From the NCBI GenBank assembly GCA_016928355.1, contig JAFGKW010000045.1:6625-70624 (forward strand): a DNA stretch of 64,000 nucleotides, written 5' to 3'. This DNA comes from Methanomicrobiaceae archaeon (lineage in GTDB: Archaea > Halobacteriota > Methanomicrobia > Methanomicrobiales > Methanomicrobiaceae). Made by a program: the position numbers and the translations under genes. The notes below the pieces were generated by a model. That model saw only the letters and a list, made by a program, of their open reading frames with translations. It did not search any database and had not been told where the DNA came from. Below, piece after piece: positions 62,443 to 64,000 of this stretch (within the stretch, counting starts at the first letter, position 1; the number at the start of each line of letters is the position of its first letter).

Positions 62443-63789
62443 CTATTCTTTCGACGGGAATGTTATGATAATTTTCGTTCCGGCATCAGATACAAATTCG
62501 AGCGTGCCATTGAGCTGGTTGACAAGGGCCCTGACAATTCTAAGGCCCAGAGTCTTTGTATTTTCAATTCTGAATCCAGGAGGAAGACCTGCACCATCGT
62601 CGGAGTATACATATCTATAACGGTCTCCCGGCTCCTTTTCAACCGAGATCCTGATCATTCCCCTCTTTTCACCGGAAAATCCATACTTCAGGGAATTGGA
62701 GATCAGCTCATTAGTTATAAGTGCCAGCGGAACGACACCATCAATATCGAACTCGATATCCTCACTGCAAATGACTTCAAAGGAGACATTCTGCCCTGAA
62801 GACATATACTCGATGAGAAGATCCCTTGCAAGCTTCTCCAGGTAAGCCCCAATTCCGATTGCCGAAAGACTCTCTGAGCGGTATATGTTTTCATGAACAA
62901 GGGCCATAGTATATACCCTGTTCTGGCATTCCTTCAGCGACCACCGGGCGTCCTCATCAATTGTCCTGTTTCTCTGGAGTTTTAAGATACTTACGACCTC
63001 CTGGAGATTATTTTTAACGCGGTGGTGTATCTCCTTCAGGAGCGTTTCCTTCTCCTCTAGCGATTTTTTAATCTTCTCTTCGGCAGTTACGCTCTCCGTA
63101 ATGTCCACAAGGACCATAATACTCGATTCCGGGATGTTTGCGTCCCCGTACAGGAAACTGGTAAAGACACTACATATGTGTGTTCTTCCGGATTCGTCGA
63201 CCACCCGTATAACAAACGATTCCTGTTCTTTTCCGGGTACGGGCGGGTTCATCAGCCTCTCACCTACCTCTATTAGGCAGTCCTCGGGAATTATCGGAAG
63301 ATGCTGCACCTTCTTCCCCTCTACAAACTCCCTGTCATAACCAAAGACAGAGAAGAACCTTGAGTTCACATCGACTATGGCTCCGTCCGGCCTGAGTACA
63401 ATGACAGGTGCAGGAGATGTTTCAAAGAGAAGCCTGTAGATATTTTCACTCCTGTGAAGTGCTGTAGAAAGAAGGGTCACTATAAGCGCAACTCCCAAAA
63501 GGACGGTAATATTTTCAATCACCCTCAGTTCAAAGAACTTCTGGGGAAAATATTCCCAGACCAGAACTGAAAAAAAAGCGAGGATTATAAATGAGACAAA
63601 AAGTCCCTGTCTCCTGAAGAAGAATGTGGCGATTACAATCGGGATCATGAACAGGCTTATTGCGGGATACGGGGATTCCATGGTCAGGGTAAAGATATTG
63701 ACCCCTGCTGCAAGTACCGTGAATATCGCTACAATCGCAATCCAGTGGCTGTACTGGAGATATTCTTCAAATTTTACATTCTTCAGCAT
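62443..63789 (-). CDS. Membrane PAS histidine kinase (HisKA_2)
   Basis: About 4 TM, PAS, EIHHRVKNNLQ, NSLKYG, DDGAG. Confidence 0.93.
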   Translation of the reverse strand: MLKNVKFEEYLQYSHWIAIVAIFTVLAAGVNIFTLTMESPYPAISLFMIPIVIATFFFRRQGLFVSFIILAFFSVLVWEYFPQKFFELRVIENITVLLGVALIVTLLSTALHRSENIYRLLFETSPAPVIVLRPDGAIVDVNSRFFSVFGYDREFVEGKKVQHLPIIPEDCLIEVGERLMNPPVPGKEQESFVIRVVDESGRTHICSVFTSFLYGDANIPESSIMVLVDITESVTAEEKIKKSLEEKETLLKEIHHRVKNNLQEVVSILKLQRNRTIDEDARWSLKECQNRVYTMALVHENIYRSESLSAIGIGAYLEKLARDLLIEYMSSGQNVSFEVICSEDIEFDIDGVVPLALITNELISNSLKYGFSGEKRGMIRISVEKEPGDRYRYVYSDDGAGLPPGFRIENTKTLGLRIVRALVNQLNGTLEFVSDAGTKIIITFPSKE

Positions 63790-63848
63790 AATAACCGGAT
63801 AAGTTCAAATCAGCCTCTATATAGATAATACTGCCGTAAATTTGTAAA

Positions 63849-64000
63849 TTATAGTAAAAGCGAACCAAGCTCCTTCAGAACTTCCTCTTTCGTCCTGACA
63901 ACAACAGATGACTCCTCGAGCATCAGGTTTACAAGTTCATGGAAGCCAACACACCTAAAATCGGTTCGAAGAGAGATTACTGTCTTTCCTTTTGCAAAAC
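63849..64000 (-). CDS. Nucleoside 2-deoxyribosyltransferase family protein, C-terminal part (5' end beyond window)
   Basis: Hand translation ...FAKGKTVISLRTDFRCVGFHELVNLMLEESSVVVRTKEEVLKELGSLLL*. Confidence 0.75.
   Translation of the reverse strand, partial: FAKGKTVISLRTDFRCVGFHELVNLMLEESSVVVRTKEEVLKELGSLLL

Overview
Archaeal chromosome segment, very likely from a hydrogenotrophic methanogen of the Methanomicrobiales (Methanolacinia/Methanoplanus-like; inferred from gene content and protein style, not from a database search). The backbone carries the 5' half of the A1Ao ATP synthase operon, an archaellin, a type IV pilus ATPase/platform pair, KaiC-like ATPases, TldD/PmbA, LonB, prs-nob1-gfcR-cheW, a thermosome subunit, MsrA, a glycine-betaine ABC importer, tRNA-Ser(CGA), a bacterial-type arginine deiminase operon and many PAS/HisKA_2 two-component genes. 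Two accessory regions stand out. (1) About 12.3-17.5 kb: a putative archaeal polymorphic-toxin-like cassette. It holds a Cys-rich repeat secreted protein with a distinct C-terminal domain and an amber codon in its leader, an internally duplicated candidate immunity protein, tandem membrane paralogs (one has lost its stop) and a hairpin-rich element with 12-bp terminal inverted repeats. (2) About 35.9-43.2 kb: a tRNA-Ser-anchored islet (RelBE-like, Fic, HicBA) closed by a decayed tRNA copy. It has a duplicated 59-bp promoter block and five TTTGTCA-N8-TGAC(A/G)AA boxes at about 40-bp spacing flanking the Fic gene, and is followed by a SauUSI-like PLD-helicase and an orphan Dam-family methylase.
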